Assembly (NCBI GenBank): GCA_964016885.1
Contig: OZ024742.1
Coordinates: forward strand, 64,170,001-64,234,000
Source: Eledone cirrhosa
Taxonomy: Eukaryota
DNA: 64,000 nt
Direction of reading: 5' to 3'
This document shows positions 12,335-27,055 of this stretch, piece by piece. Position 1 is the stretch's first letter, and each line of letters opens with the position of its first letter. The notes beneath the pieces were generated by a model. It had not been told where the DNA came from. It worked only from the letters and a program-made list of their open reading frames with translations, and searched no databases. The position numbers and the translations under genes are program-made.

Positions 12335-12590
12335 TGTTGTGGTGGCTACATGTTACAGCTGCAGTCAGTTGTGGGAGCTGCATGTTATGGCTACACTCTG
12401 CTGTGGTAGTTGCATGTTACAGCTACAGTCTGTTTGTTGTAGTGGTTGCATGTTACAGCTGCAGTCTGCTGTGGTCGCTACATGTTACAGCTGTAGTCTA
12501 TTTGTTGTATTAGTTGCATGTTACAGCTGCAGTCTGCTGTGGTATCTGTACGATACAGCTGTGCTCTGTTGTGGTGGCTGCATGGTGCTA
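12335..12590. repeat. Degenerate ~30-bp minisatellite (tgcatgttacagctgcagtctgctgtgg)
   Basis: About 8 imperfect tandem units. Confidence 0.8.
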
Positions 12591-12987
12591 AAAGCCTGAA
12601 CATCCACTGGTAGTATTAACATGGCTCAGCACCACTAGAGGAAGTAGTACTGCAAGAAGGTGCAAAAAAGTCATGGTTATTTCTTCTAGTTGGCAGCAGA
12701 TGAAGTAAGTGTTTCACAGTGCAAACTGTGTGTGTGTGTATAACTTTCTGCCTATCAACCACCATCTCCCAAGACTAAACATAACTCTCTCCACTCTACA
12801 GAGTGTACTGAGTGCATTTTATTATGGCACCAACACTAAGGACGATATCATGTCTTTGACACAACTGAAGAGTCCTCTCAAACTTGTGTTTGGCATGGTT
12901 TCTCTGGCTGGATGCCTTTCCTATCACCAACCATTGTTTCAACTATCAACCATAATAATACACTGTGTATTTGTATATATATATATG

Positions 12988-13330
12988 GAGGCACATGGCT
13001 TAGTGGTTAGAGCATTGGCCTTGCAATCGAAAGGTTGTGAGTTCAATTCTCAGACCGGGTGATGTGTTGTTTCCTTGAGCAAGACACTTTATTTCACATT
13101 GCTCCAGTTTACTCAGCTGTAGAAATGAGATGATAGGGACTGGGGTCCATATTATTCCACTGTAAAGTGGACGTGTAGGTGCCACGGAAAAAAAGCACCC
13201 AGCACTCACTGTAAATGAGGTTGGTGTTAGGAGGGGCATCCAGCTGTAGAAATCAAGCCAGAATCAGTTCCCGTCCCACCCTTGCAAGCAGGGAAAAAGC
13301 GGACGTAAAATGAAATGAATGAAATGAAAT
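12988..13330 (+). mobile_element. tRNA-derived SINE family B with RTE-like 3' tail
   Basis: A box TGGCTTAGTGG, B box GAGTTCAATTC, body CCTTGAGCAAGACACTT. Tail GGTTGGTGTTAGGA.GGGCATCCAGCTGTAGAAA is shared with the RTE 3' UTR at 58630-58670. Confidence 0.85.
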
Positions 13331-13703
13331 ATAATCTGTCTGAAACACTTTAAAATTTAAAAATATACACATATGAACATACAGACATACATATGTGCAC
13401 ATGATTCATTTACTATAATCAGTCATGTTGCTACAATAAGAAGTTAGCTTTCCAATCACAAGGTCCAGGGTTCTAACCCTACATTTTGCCCTGTAAATAG
13501 TTATTTCTCATAATTCTGTATGTTATATGCTGAAGAATTATGTAATAATTATATCTTAAAAATGAATTATTAAAATGTCATTCTTATCTTTAATCACATT
13601 CATGTGTCAGTAATCAAAATAAACTATAGGGTTTCTCTTATGCAAACCATTATTTTATCAAAATGCCAATTTCCTTGTTTGTATGTCATTTGTACATATA
13701 TAC

Positions 13704-14118
13704 TGGCGGTACTCAGTAATAGAGAAGACCCGCCTTACCTAAATACAAAGTAAAACCTACTACAGTCAGTAGGCATCTCTAACAAAATACCCCCCCCCCC
13801 ATCCACACCGCCCCTTTCAATGTAAAGTTATGTTGGTGCCACAACATCCAGGCCGAAACAAATGAGATCGTGTAGGTGTCACGACAAAAAAACACACAGT
13901 CCACGCTGTAATGTGACCGTGTAGGCAACACGGTAAAAACCTCCCAGCCCCACACTGTAAATGTGGTTGGTATTAGGAAGAGCATCCAGCTGTAGAAAAC
14001 CCGCCAGACAGTCCTATGCGAGCAATGACAACCACTCTTGCCTCAAGTGGGAAAACTCCCGTCCAAACCCATGCAAGCGTGGAACATGGACGTTAAACGA
14101 TGATGATGATGATGATGA
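13704..14118 (+). mobile_element. RTE LINE 3' end (last codons, 3' UTR, (GAT)n tail)
   Basis: Near-identical to 58355-58788; possible TSD ATACTG. Confidence 0.9.
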
Positions 14119-14508
14119 TACTGAACAATTATGAAATTATATCCTAAAAATAAATGATTAAAATTATCATTCTTATCTTTAACCTCTTCTATGTGTCAGT
14201 AATCAACATAAACTATAGGGTTTCTCTTATGAAAACCAATAATTTATCAAAACACAAATTTCACTTAGTATGATTTTTCATATCTCCAGTAATCCTGATA
14301 TATATGGCATACCAATCCTGGATTCCCCAAATTAAATATATTCAATATTATTGCCATCACTATTGGCTACACTGATCCACTATTTTATAAATAGAATCCT
14401 CCTCATCAACGAAGCAAAGGAATTCACCAGAACTGGTAAATAGTTTACATTCTGATCTATCAAACATGTATCCATGGTGACATTTCCTATCTGATCTATC
14501 ACCCTATC

Positions 14509-14568
<60 letters not shown>

Positions 14569-15559
14569 TATAGCTAATATGTGTATATATTTGTATGAAT
14601 GAAGTGTGTATTTGTGTGTGTAGGTTCCTATGTGCATATGTATGTAGACATATTATTTTTTGTATATGTATACATTTACATATTTATACATCGATGTGTA
14701 CACAAATATGTATGCCTGTCGGAAAATGTGTATATATGCGTGTGTTTGTGCATTGAAAATCATAGGTAGTGTCTTTCATAAGAAATATAGTAAAGAAAAG
14801 GTTACAGTGTTTATATTTATGTAAAATAAATTCCATCATAATTCTATGTAAAAACCTTTTATATGTACCAAACACTAACTTAATAATGACAAAATTTGTT
14901 ACATTATTAAATCCCTCCAAATTCTTGATTATTAGGAATATGGTAACAAAAGGGTTAAATAAACTATTTTGATATCACTATATTGAATCTTCCATTATGG
15001 ATTGGTATTTCTTTGTTATCTAATTGTTCTTTATACCATTTCTATTTATTGTTTTATAAATACTCACTTTTGTGGATTATTTACCTCATAACAAGGTTTC
15101 CATTATATTTGTGACTGTCATGAATTTGGCATGGGTTTACAAACTGTATGCCATTCCTATCACCAACCACTTTACAGCATGGACAGGGTACATTTTATTA
15201 TGACCCCAACATGTTTCCTTTATTCTGTCAGATTTTATTCAGTTACTCCTCTCCTAGACAGCTTGTTTTCACTGCAGAGCCCACATCTTCTCCTTGCATA
15301 TTTTTATTTAGGGTAACTACTATCCTAGTCAGGTCACTTTCATTATGGTTCATGTCCATATATTTTCTAAAGGTTTGTTTTAAATAAATTTTAAAATTGG
15401 ATGGGGGAGTTTCCAGTGGACTGGCTAGTTAGAGGTAATATATAATTTCTTCTTGTGTTCAGAGTGGTGGGGTTACAATGTGAATGCTCTTATCTTGGTT
15501 TCTTCACATAACAAATTCTGAGAGGGAGGAGAGAAACAACAACAATAAGTATTTTAAGA

Positions 15560-15840
15560 CCATTTTTCCCTGCTAAAGCCTGTGGTCATAGTGAAACATG
15601 GGCTGTGACTGCAGGGGACATGCATAGACTGGAAAGAAATGAAGCAACCATGCTTCATTGGATGTGCAATGTAAGTGTGACAGAAAGGCAGAGCTTGGTC
15701 GAATTGAAAGAAAAGCTAGGTTTTAATGGAATCTGAGACCAAGAAAGACCTGGGTAGAGGTTGGGAGAGATGACCTCACAGAAGAGATGACGAAGGAACA
15801 TGATGAATGGAGAGATGCTGTGTTGAGAAGCACTTGTCCA
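15560..15840 (+). pseudogene. Decayed RTE ORF C-terminal fragment
   Basis: Translates HSETWAVTAGDMHRLERNEATMLHWMCNVSV, homologous to the 40021-41391 ORF. Confidence 0.75.
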
Positions 15841-15847
15841 ACAACCT

Positions 15848-16036
15848 GGCGGTGGATTGGCAGTATCGGTAGAGGGTCGGACGCCATGCTTTGACGCATA
15901 GAGTTACGGCCCTTGCCATTCTGAGTTCAAATCCCGCCGAGGTTAACTTTGCCTTTCATCCTTACGGGGTTGATAAAATAAAGTACCAGTAATACCCTGG
16001 GTAATTGCTGGCCTTGTGCCTAACGTAGAAACAATT
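15848..16036 (+). mobile_element. SINE family A
   Basis: Near-complete copy of 2955-3145 in the opposite orientation. Confidence 0.85.
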
Positions 16037-16796
16037 ATATATTACTGAAAAATACTCTTTGTAGCTCCTCTGAGATTTTTGGATTTCTTCTGATAACACA
16101 AACTTCTTAACCACATGGCCATATCTGTGACTAAAATCATTACTATCTTTAACATTTGATCTAGTTACACACACATACATACCACTAATCAATATACATG
16201 CATGCACATCACTAATATACACAAAATATGTATACATACACACCACCAATATATACATACTCATAGACATTAATATATATATATATATATACACATGCAC
16301 ACACTCACATCAATATATACATTCACATACACACTGTATATATATAGACACTAATACACCACCAATATACACACATTCCACCATCAACATACACATACAC
16401 TAATATATCTACACCCATCATCATCATCAGCATCATCATCATACGTCCGCTTTTCCCTGCCTGCAAGGGTGGGACATAATATATATACATACATACACAC
16501 ACATATATATACATACACACTGCCAATATATACATATATACATGCACACATATATAGATATCACCAATATACACACATGTATACTACCAATAATATAAAG
16601 ATACACACCACTAATATATAGACATATATATCACAAAGATATACACCACTAATATATAGACATATATACACACTACAAATATATAGACATATATATCACA
16701 AAGATACACACCACTAATATATAGACATACACAACAAAGATACACACCACTAATATATAGACATATACACCACAAAGATACACACCACTAATATAA

Positions 16797-17865
16797 ATAA
16801 TAATGAATAATAATGAAATTATTGTGTAAAGTGCTCAGGTGCACTACAACTCGTCAATATAGTACATAGAATAATACACAAATGTCAGGGAAGTACATGT
16901 TTGTATGTGTTAGCTGTAGTGTTGGCGGATCTCGGGAAGCATGGAGGCCTTAAAGGATGCAGTGTCTTGACAGCTAACAACTGATGCAGGTAGTTTGTTC
17001 CATGCTTCAGCAACTCTGAGCGTGAAAAAATGTTTCCGAAAGTCATGGGAACTGTGCTGTTTTCTTACTTTGTGGGCATGTCCACGTGTGTTAGACACAT
17101 GGAAATCGAAAAGGCACTCAGGGTTGTTGTTGGCAACATGGTTAACAATTTTGTGGGTGTTTACCAAGTCAGTTGCCAGGCGTCGGAGCTTCAATGAATC
17201 CATGCCCAGGGAAGCAAGGCGCTCAGAGTATGGTAGATGCCTGATGGAGGGTATTCGCTTGGTTGCACGTCTCTGAACAGTTTCCAGGCAGTCAATGTCC
17301 TGAGCAAGATAGGGGTTCCAGACTGGTGATGCAAATTCTAAGTGTGGTCGCACCATAGCTGTATACAGCCTTAAATAGATATCTGGAGAGCGGCTGACAA
17401 AGGTCTTGCTGAGTGATGCTAAGACACCCTCGGCCCTCTTGACAATTTTAGAGATGTGCCTCGTCCAACGCAAATCGCTGCTGACCGTAATGCCCAGGTC
17501 ACGTTCACAGGAAGACTTCTTGATATTAGTGCTGTGGAGGGAGTATGTGGACGCTGGGTTTTTACTCCCAAAATCCATGGTGGTGCACTTGTCCACAGCC
17601 AGCTTCAGTTGCCAGTCTGAGATCCACTGTTGCATTGTGTCCAGGTCAGACTGCAAGCAAGATCTATAGTGTTCAGGATCTGTCCTTTTTATCTCAAGGT
17701 ACAGCTTGATGTCGTCTGCGTACTTTAGTACTGTGGCATTCCTTAAGTTGGCATCTATGTCATTAATATATGCCACAAACAAAAGGGGGCCAAGAACAGA
17801 TCCCTGAGGTACACCCGATGACATCTCATATGGTGAGGAATGCTGTCCCAGAACCGTGACTACCT
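16797..17865 (-). mobile_element. 5'-truncated CR1-type LINE (RT C-terminal half + 3' UTR), copy 1
   Basis: SGVPQGSVLGPLLF, YADD, ERDLG, YTAMVRPHLEFASPVWNPY, TRGH, FFTLRV..WNKLP motifs; open to the stop at 16910. Confidence 0.93.
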
Positions 17866-19447
17866 GACATATACACACTACAAAGATACACACCACTAAT
17901 ATATAGACATATACACACTACAAAGATACACACCACTAATATATAGACATATACACCACAAAGATACACACCACTAATATATAGACATATATACACACTA
18001 CAAAGATACACACCACTAATATATAGACATATACACACTACAAAGATACACACCACTAATATATAGACATATACACACTACAAAGATACACACCACTAAT
18101 ATATAGACATATATACACCACAAAGATACACACCACTAATATATAGACATATATACCACAAAGATACACACCACTAATATATAGACATATACACACTACA
18201 AAGATACACACCACTAATATATAGACATATATACACCACAAAGATACACACCACTAATATATAGACATATACACCACAAAGATACACACCACTAATATAT
18301 AGACATATACACTACAAAGATACACACCACTAATATATAGACATATACACTACAAAGATACACACCACTAATATATAGACATATACATTACAAAGATACA
18401 CACCACTAATATATAGACATATACACTACAAAGATACACACCACTAATATATAGACATATACATCACAAAGATACACACCACTAATATATAGACATATAC
18501 ACACTACAAAGATACACACCACTAATATATAGACATATATACACCACAAAGATACACACCACTAATATATAGACATATACATCACAAAGATACACACCAC
18601 TAATATATAGACATATATACCACAAAGATACACACCACTAATATATAGACATATACACACTACAAAGATACACACCACTAATATATAGACATATATACAC
18701 CACAAAGATACACACCACTAATATATAGACATGTACACCACAAAGATACACACCACTAATATATAGACATATACACCACAAAGATACACACCACTAATAT
18801 ATAGACATATATACACCACAAAGATACACACCACTAATATATAGACATATACACCACAAAGATACACACCACTAATATATAGACATATATACCACAAAGA
18901 TACACACCACTAATATATAGACATATACACACTACAAAGATACACACCACTAATATATAGACATATATACACCACAAAGATACACACCACTAATATATAG
19001 ACATGTACACCACAAAGATACACACCACTAATATATAGACATATACACCACAAAGATACACACCACTAATATATAGACATATATACACCACAAAGATACA
19101 CACCACTAATATATAGACATATACACCACAAAGATACACACCACTAATATATAGACATATATACCACAAAGATACACACCACTAATATATAGACATACAC
19201 ACACTACAAAGATACACACCACTAATATATAGACATATATACACCACAAAGATACACAGCACTAATATATAGACATATATATCACAAAGATATACACCAC
19301 TAATATATAGACATATATACACACTACAAATATATAGACATATATATCACAAAGATACACACCACTAATATATAGACATACACAACAAAGATACACACCA
19401 CTAATATATAGACATATACACCACAAAGATACACACCACTAATATAA

Positions 19448-20516
19448 ATAATAATGAATAATAATGAAATTATTGTGTAAAGTGCTCAGGTGCACTACAA
19501 CTCGTCAATATAGTACATAGAATAATACACAAATGTCAGGGAAGTACATGTTTGTATGTGTTAGCTGTAGTGTTGGCGGATCTCGGGAAGCATGGAGGCC
19601 TTAAAGGATGCAGTGTCTTGACAGCTAACAACTGATGCAGGTAGTTTGTTCCATGCTTCAGCAACTCTGAGCGTGAAAAAATGTTTCCGAAAGTCATGGG
19701 AACTGTGCTGTTTTCTTACTTTGTGGGCATGTCCACGTGTGTTAGACACATGGAAATCGAAAAGGCACTCAGGGTTGTTGTTGGCAACATGGTTAACAAT
19801 TTTGTGGGTGTTTACCAAGTCAGTTGCCAGGCGTCGGAGCTTCAATGAATCCATGCCCAGGGAAGCAAGGCGCTCAGAGTATGGTAGATGCCTGATGGAG
19901 GGTATTCGCTTGGTTGCACGTCTCTGAACAGTTTCCAGGCAGTCAATGTCCTGAGCAAGATAGGGGTTCCAGACTGGTGATGCAAATTCTAAGTGTGGTC
20001 GCACCATAGCTGTATACAGCCTTAAATAGATATCTGGAGAGCGGCTGACAAAGGTCTTGCTGAGTGATGCTAAGACACCCTCGGCCCTCTTGACAATTTT
20101 AGAGATGTGCCTCGTCCAACGCAAATCGCTGCTGACCGTAATGCCCAGGTCACGTTCACAGGAAGACTTCTTGATATTAGTGCTGTGGAGGGAGTATGTG
20201 GACGCTGGGTTTTTACTCCCAAAATCCATGGTGGTGCACTTGTCCACAGCCAGCTTCAGTTGCCAGTCTGAGATCCACTGTTGCATTGTGTCCAGGTCAG
20301 ACTGCAAGCAAGATCTATAGTGTTCAGGATCTGTCCTTTTTATCTCAAGGTACAGCTTGATGTCGTCTGCGTACTTTAGTACTGTGGCATTCCTTAAGTT
20401 GGCATCTATGTCATTAATATATGCCACAAACAAAAGGGGGCCAAGAACAGATCCCTGAGGTACACCCGATGACATCTCATATGGTGAGGAATGCTGTCCC
20501 AGAACCGTGACTACCT
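19448..20516 (-). mobile_element. CR1-type LINE fragment, copy 2
   Basis: Translation identical to copy 1. Confidence 0.93.
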
Positions 20517-22098
20517 GACATATACACACTACAAAGATACACACCACTAATATATAGACATATACACACTACAAAGATACACACCACTAATATATAGACA
20601 TATACACCACAAAGATACACACCACTAATATATAGACATATATACACACTACAAAGATACACACCACTAATATATAGACATATACACACTACAAAGATAC
20701 ACACCACTAATATATAGACATATACACACTACAAAGATACACACCACTAATATATAGACATATATACACCACAAAGATACACACCACTAATATATAGACA
20801 TATATACCACAAAGATACACACCACTAATATATAGACATATACACACTACAAAGATACACACCACTAATATATAGACATATATACACCACAAAGATACAC
20901 ACCACTAATATATAGACATATACACCACAAAGATACACACCACTAATATATAGACATATACACTACAAAGATACACACCACTAATATATAGACATATACA
21001 CTACAAAGATACACACCACTAATATATAGACATATACATTACAAAGATACACACCACTAATATATAGACATATACACTACAAAGATACACACCACTAATA
21101 TATAGACATATACATCACAAAGATACACACCACTAATATATAGACATATACACACTACAAAGATACACACCACTAATATATAGACATATATACACCACAA
21201 AGATACACACCACTAATATATAGACATATACATCACAAAGATACACACCACTAATATATAGACATATATACCACAAAGATACACACCACTAATATATAGA
21301 CATATACACACTACAAAGATACACACCACTAATATATAGACATATATACACCACAAAGATACACACCACTAATATATAGACATGTACACCACAAAGATAC
21401 ACACCACTAATATATAGACATATACACCACAAAGATACACACCACTAATATATAGACATATATACACCACAAAGATACACACCACTAATATATAGACATA
21501 TACACCACAAAGATACACACCACTAATATATAGACATATATACCACAAAGATACACACCACTAATATATAGACATATACACACTACAAAGATACACACCA
21601 CTAATATATAGACATATATACACCACAAAGATACACACCACTAATATATAGACATGTACACCACAAAGATACACACCACTAATATATAGACATATACACC
21701 ACAAAGATACACACCACTAATATATAGACATATATACACCACAAAGATACACACCACTAATATATAGACATATACACCACAAAGATACACACCACTAATA
21801 TATAGACATATATACCACAAAGATACACACCACTAATATATAGACATACACACACTACAAAGATACACACCACTAATATATAGACATATATACACCACAA
21901 AGATACACAGCACTAATATATAGACATATATATCACAAAGATATACACCACTAATATATAGACATATATACACACTACAAATATATAGACATATATATCA
22001 CAAAGATACACACCACTAATATATAGACATACACAACAAAGATACACACCACTAATATATAGACATATACACCACAAAGATACACACCACTAATATAA

Positions 22099-23167
22099 AT
22101 AATAATGAATAATAATGAAATTATTGTGTAAAGTGCTCAGGTGCACTACAACTCGTCAATATAGTACATAGAATAATACACAAATGTCAGGGAAGTACAT
22201 GTTTGTATGTGTTAGCTGTAGTGTTGGCGGATCTCGGGAAGCATGGAGGCCTTAAAGGATGCAGTGTCTTGACAGCTAACAACTGATGCAGGTAGTTTGT
22301 TCCATGCTTCAGCAACTCTGAGCGTGAAAAAATGTTTCCGAAAGTCATGGGAACTGTGCTGTTTTCTTACTTTGTGGGCATGTCCACGTGTGTTAGACAC
22401 ATGGAAATCGAAAAGGCACTCAGGGTTGTTGTTGGCAACATGGTTAACAATTTTGTGGGTGTTTACCAAGTCAGTTGCCAGGCGTCGGAGCTTCAATGAA
22501 TCCATGCCCAGGGAAGCAAGGCGCTCAGAGTATGGTAGATGCCTGATGGAGGGTATTCGCTTGGTTGCACGTCTCTGAACAGTTTCCAGGCAGTCAATGT
22601 CCTGAGCAAGATAGGGGTTCCAGACTGGTGATGCAAATTCTAAGTGTGGTCGCACCATAGCTGTATACAGCCTTAAATAGATATCTGGAGAGCGGCTGAC
22701 AAAGGTCTTGCTGAGTGATGCTAAGACACCCTCGGCCCTCTTGACAATTTTAGAGATGTGCCTCGTCCAACGCAAATCGCTGCTGACCGTAATGCCCAGG
22801 TCACGTTCACAGGAAGACTTCTTGATATTAGTGCTGTGGAGGGAGTATGTGGACGCTGGGTTTTTACTCCCAAAATCCATGGTGGTGCACTTGTCCACAG
22901 CCAGCTTCAGTTGCCAGTCTGAGATCCACTGTTGCATTGTGTCCAGGTCAGACTGCAAGCAAGATCTATAGTGTTCAGGATCTGTCCTTTTTATCTCAAG
23001 GTACAGCTTGATGTCGTCTGCGTACTTTAGTACTGTGGCATTCCTTAAGTTGGCATCTATGTCATTAATATATGCCACAAACAAAAGGGGGCCAAGAACA
23101 GATCCCTGAGGTACACCCGATGACATCTCATATGGTGAGGAATGCTGTCCCAGAACCGTGACTACCT
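22099..23167 (-). mobile_element. CR1-type LINE fragment, copy 3
   Basis: Translation identical to copy 1. Confidence 0.93.
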
Positions 23168-24462
23168 GACATATACACACTACAAAGATACACACCACTA
23201 ATATATAGACATATACACACTACAAAGATACACACCACTAATATATAGACATATACACCACAAAGATACACACCACTAATATATAGACATATATACACAC
23301 TACAAATATACACACCACTAATATATAGACATATACACCACAAAGATACACACCACTAATATATAGACATATACACACTACAAAGATACACACCACTAAT
23401 ATATAGACATATACACTCTACAAAGATACACACCACTAATATATAGACATATATACACCACAAAGATACACACCACTAATATATAGACATATATACCACA
23501 AAGATACACACCACTAATATATAGACATATACACACTACAAAGATACACACCACTAATATATAGACATATATACACCACAAAGATACACACCACTAATAT
23601 ATAGACATATACACCACAAAGATACACACCACTAATATATAGACATATACACTACAAAGATACACACCACTAATATATAGACATATACACTACAAAGATA
23701 CACACCACTAATATATAGACATATATACACCACAAAGATACACACCACTAATATATAGACATATACATTACAAAGATACACACCACTAATATATAGACAT
23801 ATACACTACAAAGATACACACCACTAATATATAGACATATACATCACAAAGATACACACCACTAATATATAGACATATACACACTACAAAGATACACACC
23901 ACTAATATATAGACATATATACACCACAAAGATACACACCACTAATATATAGACATATACACCACAAAGATACACACCACTAATATATAGACATATATAC
24001 CACAAAGATACACACCACTAATATATAGACATATACACACTACAAAGATACACACCACTAATATATAGACATATATACACCACAAAGATACACACCACTA
24101 ATATATAGACATGTACACCACAAAGATACACACCACTAATATATAGACATATACACCACAAAGATACACACCACTAATATATAGACATATATACACCACA
24201 AAGATACACACCACTAATATATAGACATATACACCACAAAGATACACACCACTAATATATAGACATATATACCACAAAGATACACACCACTAATATATAG
24301 ACATACACACACTACAAAGATACACACCACTAATATATAGACATATATACACCACAAAGATACACAGCACTAATATATAGACATATACACACTACAAAGA
24401 TACACACCACTAATATATAGACATATACACACTACAAAGATACACACCACTAATATATAGAC

Positions 24463-25038
24463 ATATATAAACCACGAGAACCACCCAACCGATTATTTTC
24501 AAACTTTACACATGTAATACTTATGGTCCTGTGAGTGTTTTAAGCAAAAAAGATTTCAAATTTTCAATGCCCTAGGGACCGCATTAGGCGATTTAGCGAT
24601 CTCTCTCTATAATTCTTAGTCTGTCTTTTTTAGATAGATACATAAATATAACGTTGCGCCCTTATAACATCTGTCTGTATGTCTGCCTGTCTGCATTACG
24701 ACATTATGACACTATATGTGTGTGTGTGTGTGTGTATGTATAGTGTGTGTGTGTATATGTATAGTGTGTAACGTTTTTCGAAATATTTACTTCTGCGTTC
24801 ACAGATCGATTTTTTTAGTTTCAGAAGATCCCGTTAAGGGTGAAAGCAGCGATTCTTTGCTTAAACTTTAATCTGTTATTTTAATATAATTATATATTCG
24901 TGTACAGATATTTTTGCTTACACAATAACAAAATTTAAACAAGCGTATTTATTTCACAAGGCTCGATAAGGATAAATATATATCAAATATATAAGAACAC
25001 TAGAGCAAATCCCGAGCAACGCCGGGCCATTCTGCTAG
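24463..25038 (+). mobile_element. Non-autonomous Helitron-like element
   Basis: Subterminal hairpin CCCGAGCAACGCCGGG (25011-25026) followed by CTAG (25035-25038) then T; internal microsatellites. The 5' TC terminus is unclear. Confidence 0.7.
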
Positions 25039-25339
25039 TAGTTTCTAAAGATATTAGCTGGTGTATAAATTAAGTGTAACTCTATGTCAAGTTTCTAGTC
25101 TATTGCAATAAATAGAAAGGAACTGAAAACTAACCGATTGAGGTGATGTGGCTGCATGGATAAGATATTGGACTACTTTCACATAGGTTATGTGTTCAAA
25201 TCTTCTTTTAGGTGTTTTGTTGTTTGTGGGTACCCCTAGATGTTGAGAATAGGTATCTATTCATCTAACAATTGAACCTGTGTGAATGGATTCATATCCG
25301 AGGAAGTTCCATTTGTCATCCACTTAAAGTAAAGAAACC

Positions 25340-25610
25340 ACAGTTAGACCCATACCTTAAAAAAACACAATTGACCCAGCTCTTAAAAACCACAATTAGA
25401 TTCAGCCCTTAAAAATGACATCAAGACCCAGCCCTTAGAAACCACATATAGATACAACTCTTAAAAAAACACAATGACCCAGCCCATAAAGACCACACTT
25501 AGACTCAGCCCTTAAAACCCCACACCTTGATACTGCCCTTAAAAATTATAGCTAGACCCAGCCCTTAATAACCACAAGTTTCAGCCCGTAAAAACTACAG
25601 CCTTTAAAAA
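25340..25610. repeat. Degenerate ~28-30-bp tandem repeat (gacccagcccttaaaaaccacaatt)
   Basis: About 9 imperfect units. Confidence 0.7.
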
Positions 25611-25659
25611 GTTCTGAACATAGTGAGCATTTAAGCTTTTTTTAAATATTTACTGATTC

Positions 25660-27055
25660 AACCCACAATGTCTTTCCCAGCTGTGGTAACTACCATATAA
25701 CCCACGACTTTCCCAGCTGTGGTAACTACCATATAACCCACGTCTTTCCCAGCTGAGGTAACTACCATATAACCCACAATCTCTTTCCCAGCTGTGGTAA
25801 CTACCATATAACCCACAATCTCTTTCCCAGCTGTGGTAACTACCATATAACCCACAATGTCTTTCCCAGCTGTGGTAACTACCATATAACCCACAATCTC
25901 TTTCCCAGCTGTGGTAACTACCATATAACCCACAATCTCTTTCCCAGCTGTGGTAACTACCATATAACCCACAATGTCTTTCCCAGCTGTGGTAACTACC
26001 ATATAACCCACAATCTCTTTCCCAGCTGTGGTAACTACCATATAACCCACAATCTCTTTCCCAGCTGTGGTAACTAATATATAACCCACAATCTCTTTCC
26101 CAGCTGTGGTAACTACCATATAACCCACAATCTCTTTCCCAGCTGTGGTAACTACCATATAACCCACAATCTCTTTCCCATCTGTGGTAACTACCATATA
26201 ACCCACAATGTCTTTCCCAGCTGTAGTAACTACCATATAACCCACAATCTCTTTCCCAGCTGTGGTAACTACCATATAACCCACAATCTCTTCCCCAGCT
26301 GTGGTAACTACCATATAACCCACAATCTCTTTCCCAGCTGTGGTAACTACCATATAACCCACAATGTCTTTCCCAGCTGTGGTAACTACCATATAACCCA
26401 CAATGTCTTTCCCAGCTGTGGTAACTACCATATAACCCACAATGTCTTTCCCAGCTGTGGTAACTACCATATAACCCACAATGTCTTTCCCAGCTGTGGT
26501 AACTACCATATAACCCACAATGTCTTTCCCAGCTGTGGTAACTACCATATAACCCACAATGTCTTTCCCAGCTGTAGTAACTACCATATAACCCACAATC
26601 TCTTCCCCAGCTGTGGTAACTACCATATAACCCACAATCTCTTCCCCAGCTGTGGTAACTACCATATAACCCACAATGTCTTTCCCAGCTGTAGTAACTA
26701 CCATATAACCCACAATCTCTTTCCCAGCTGTGGTAACTACCATATAACCCACAATGTCTTTCCCAGCTGTGGTAACTACCATATAACCCACAATCTCTTT
26801 CCCAGCTGTGGTAACTACCATATAACCCACAATGTCTTTCCCAGCTGTGGTAACTACCATATAACCCACAATGTCTTTCCCAGCTGTGGTAACTACCATA
26901 TAACCCACATTGTCTTTCCCAGCTGTGGTAACTACCATATAACCCATAATGTCTTTCCCTAGCTGTAATATCCACCATTGAACCCACAATGTCTTTCCCC
27001 AGCTATGGTAACCACCATTTAACCTACATTGTATTTCATTTGCTGTGGTAACCAT
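25660..27055. repeat. 39-bp minisatellite (AACCCACAATSTCTTTCCCAGCTGTGGTAACTACCATAT), ~35 copies
   Basis: 13-aa periodicity in the minus-strand ORFs; homogeneous core with degenerate right edge. Confidence 0.97.

Larger units (their letters stand above)
16595..24470. repeat. ~34-38-bp minisatellite (CAAAGATACACACCACTAATATATAGACATATACAC) with a 2651-bp higher-order triplication
   Basis: Arrays at 16595-16795, 17866-19445, 20517-22096 and 23168-24470; identical ORFs at 16910, 19561 and 22212 (period 2651). Confidence 0.95.

Noticed and set aside
12988-13062. Possible tRNA gene
   Set aside because: tRNA-like head continues into a SINE body that is repeated in the window; no proper acceptor stem.
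14468-14482. RFX X-box-like GTATCCATGGTGAC
   Set aside because: Single degenerate match with no evident promoter; expected by chance.
16595-27055. CRISPR-like appearance of the 36-39-bp repeats
   Set aside because: Repeats are head-to-tail with no unique spacers; no cas genes; eukaryotic context.
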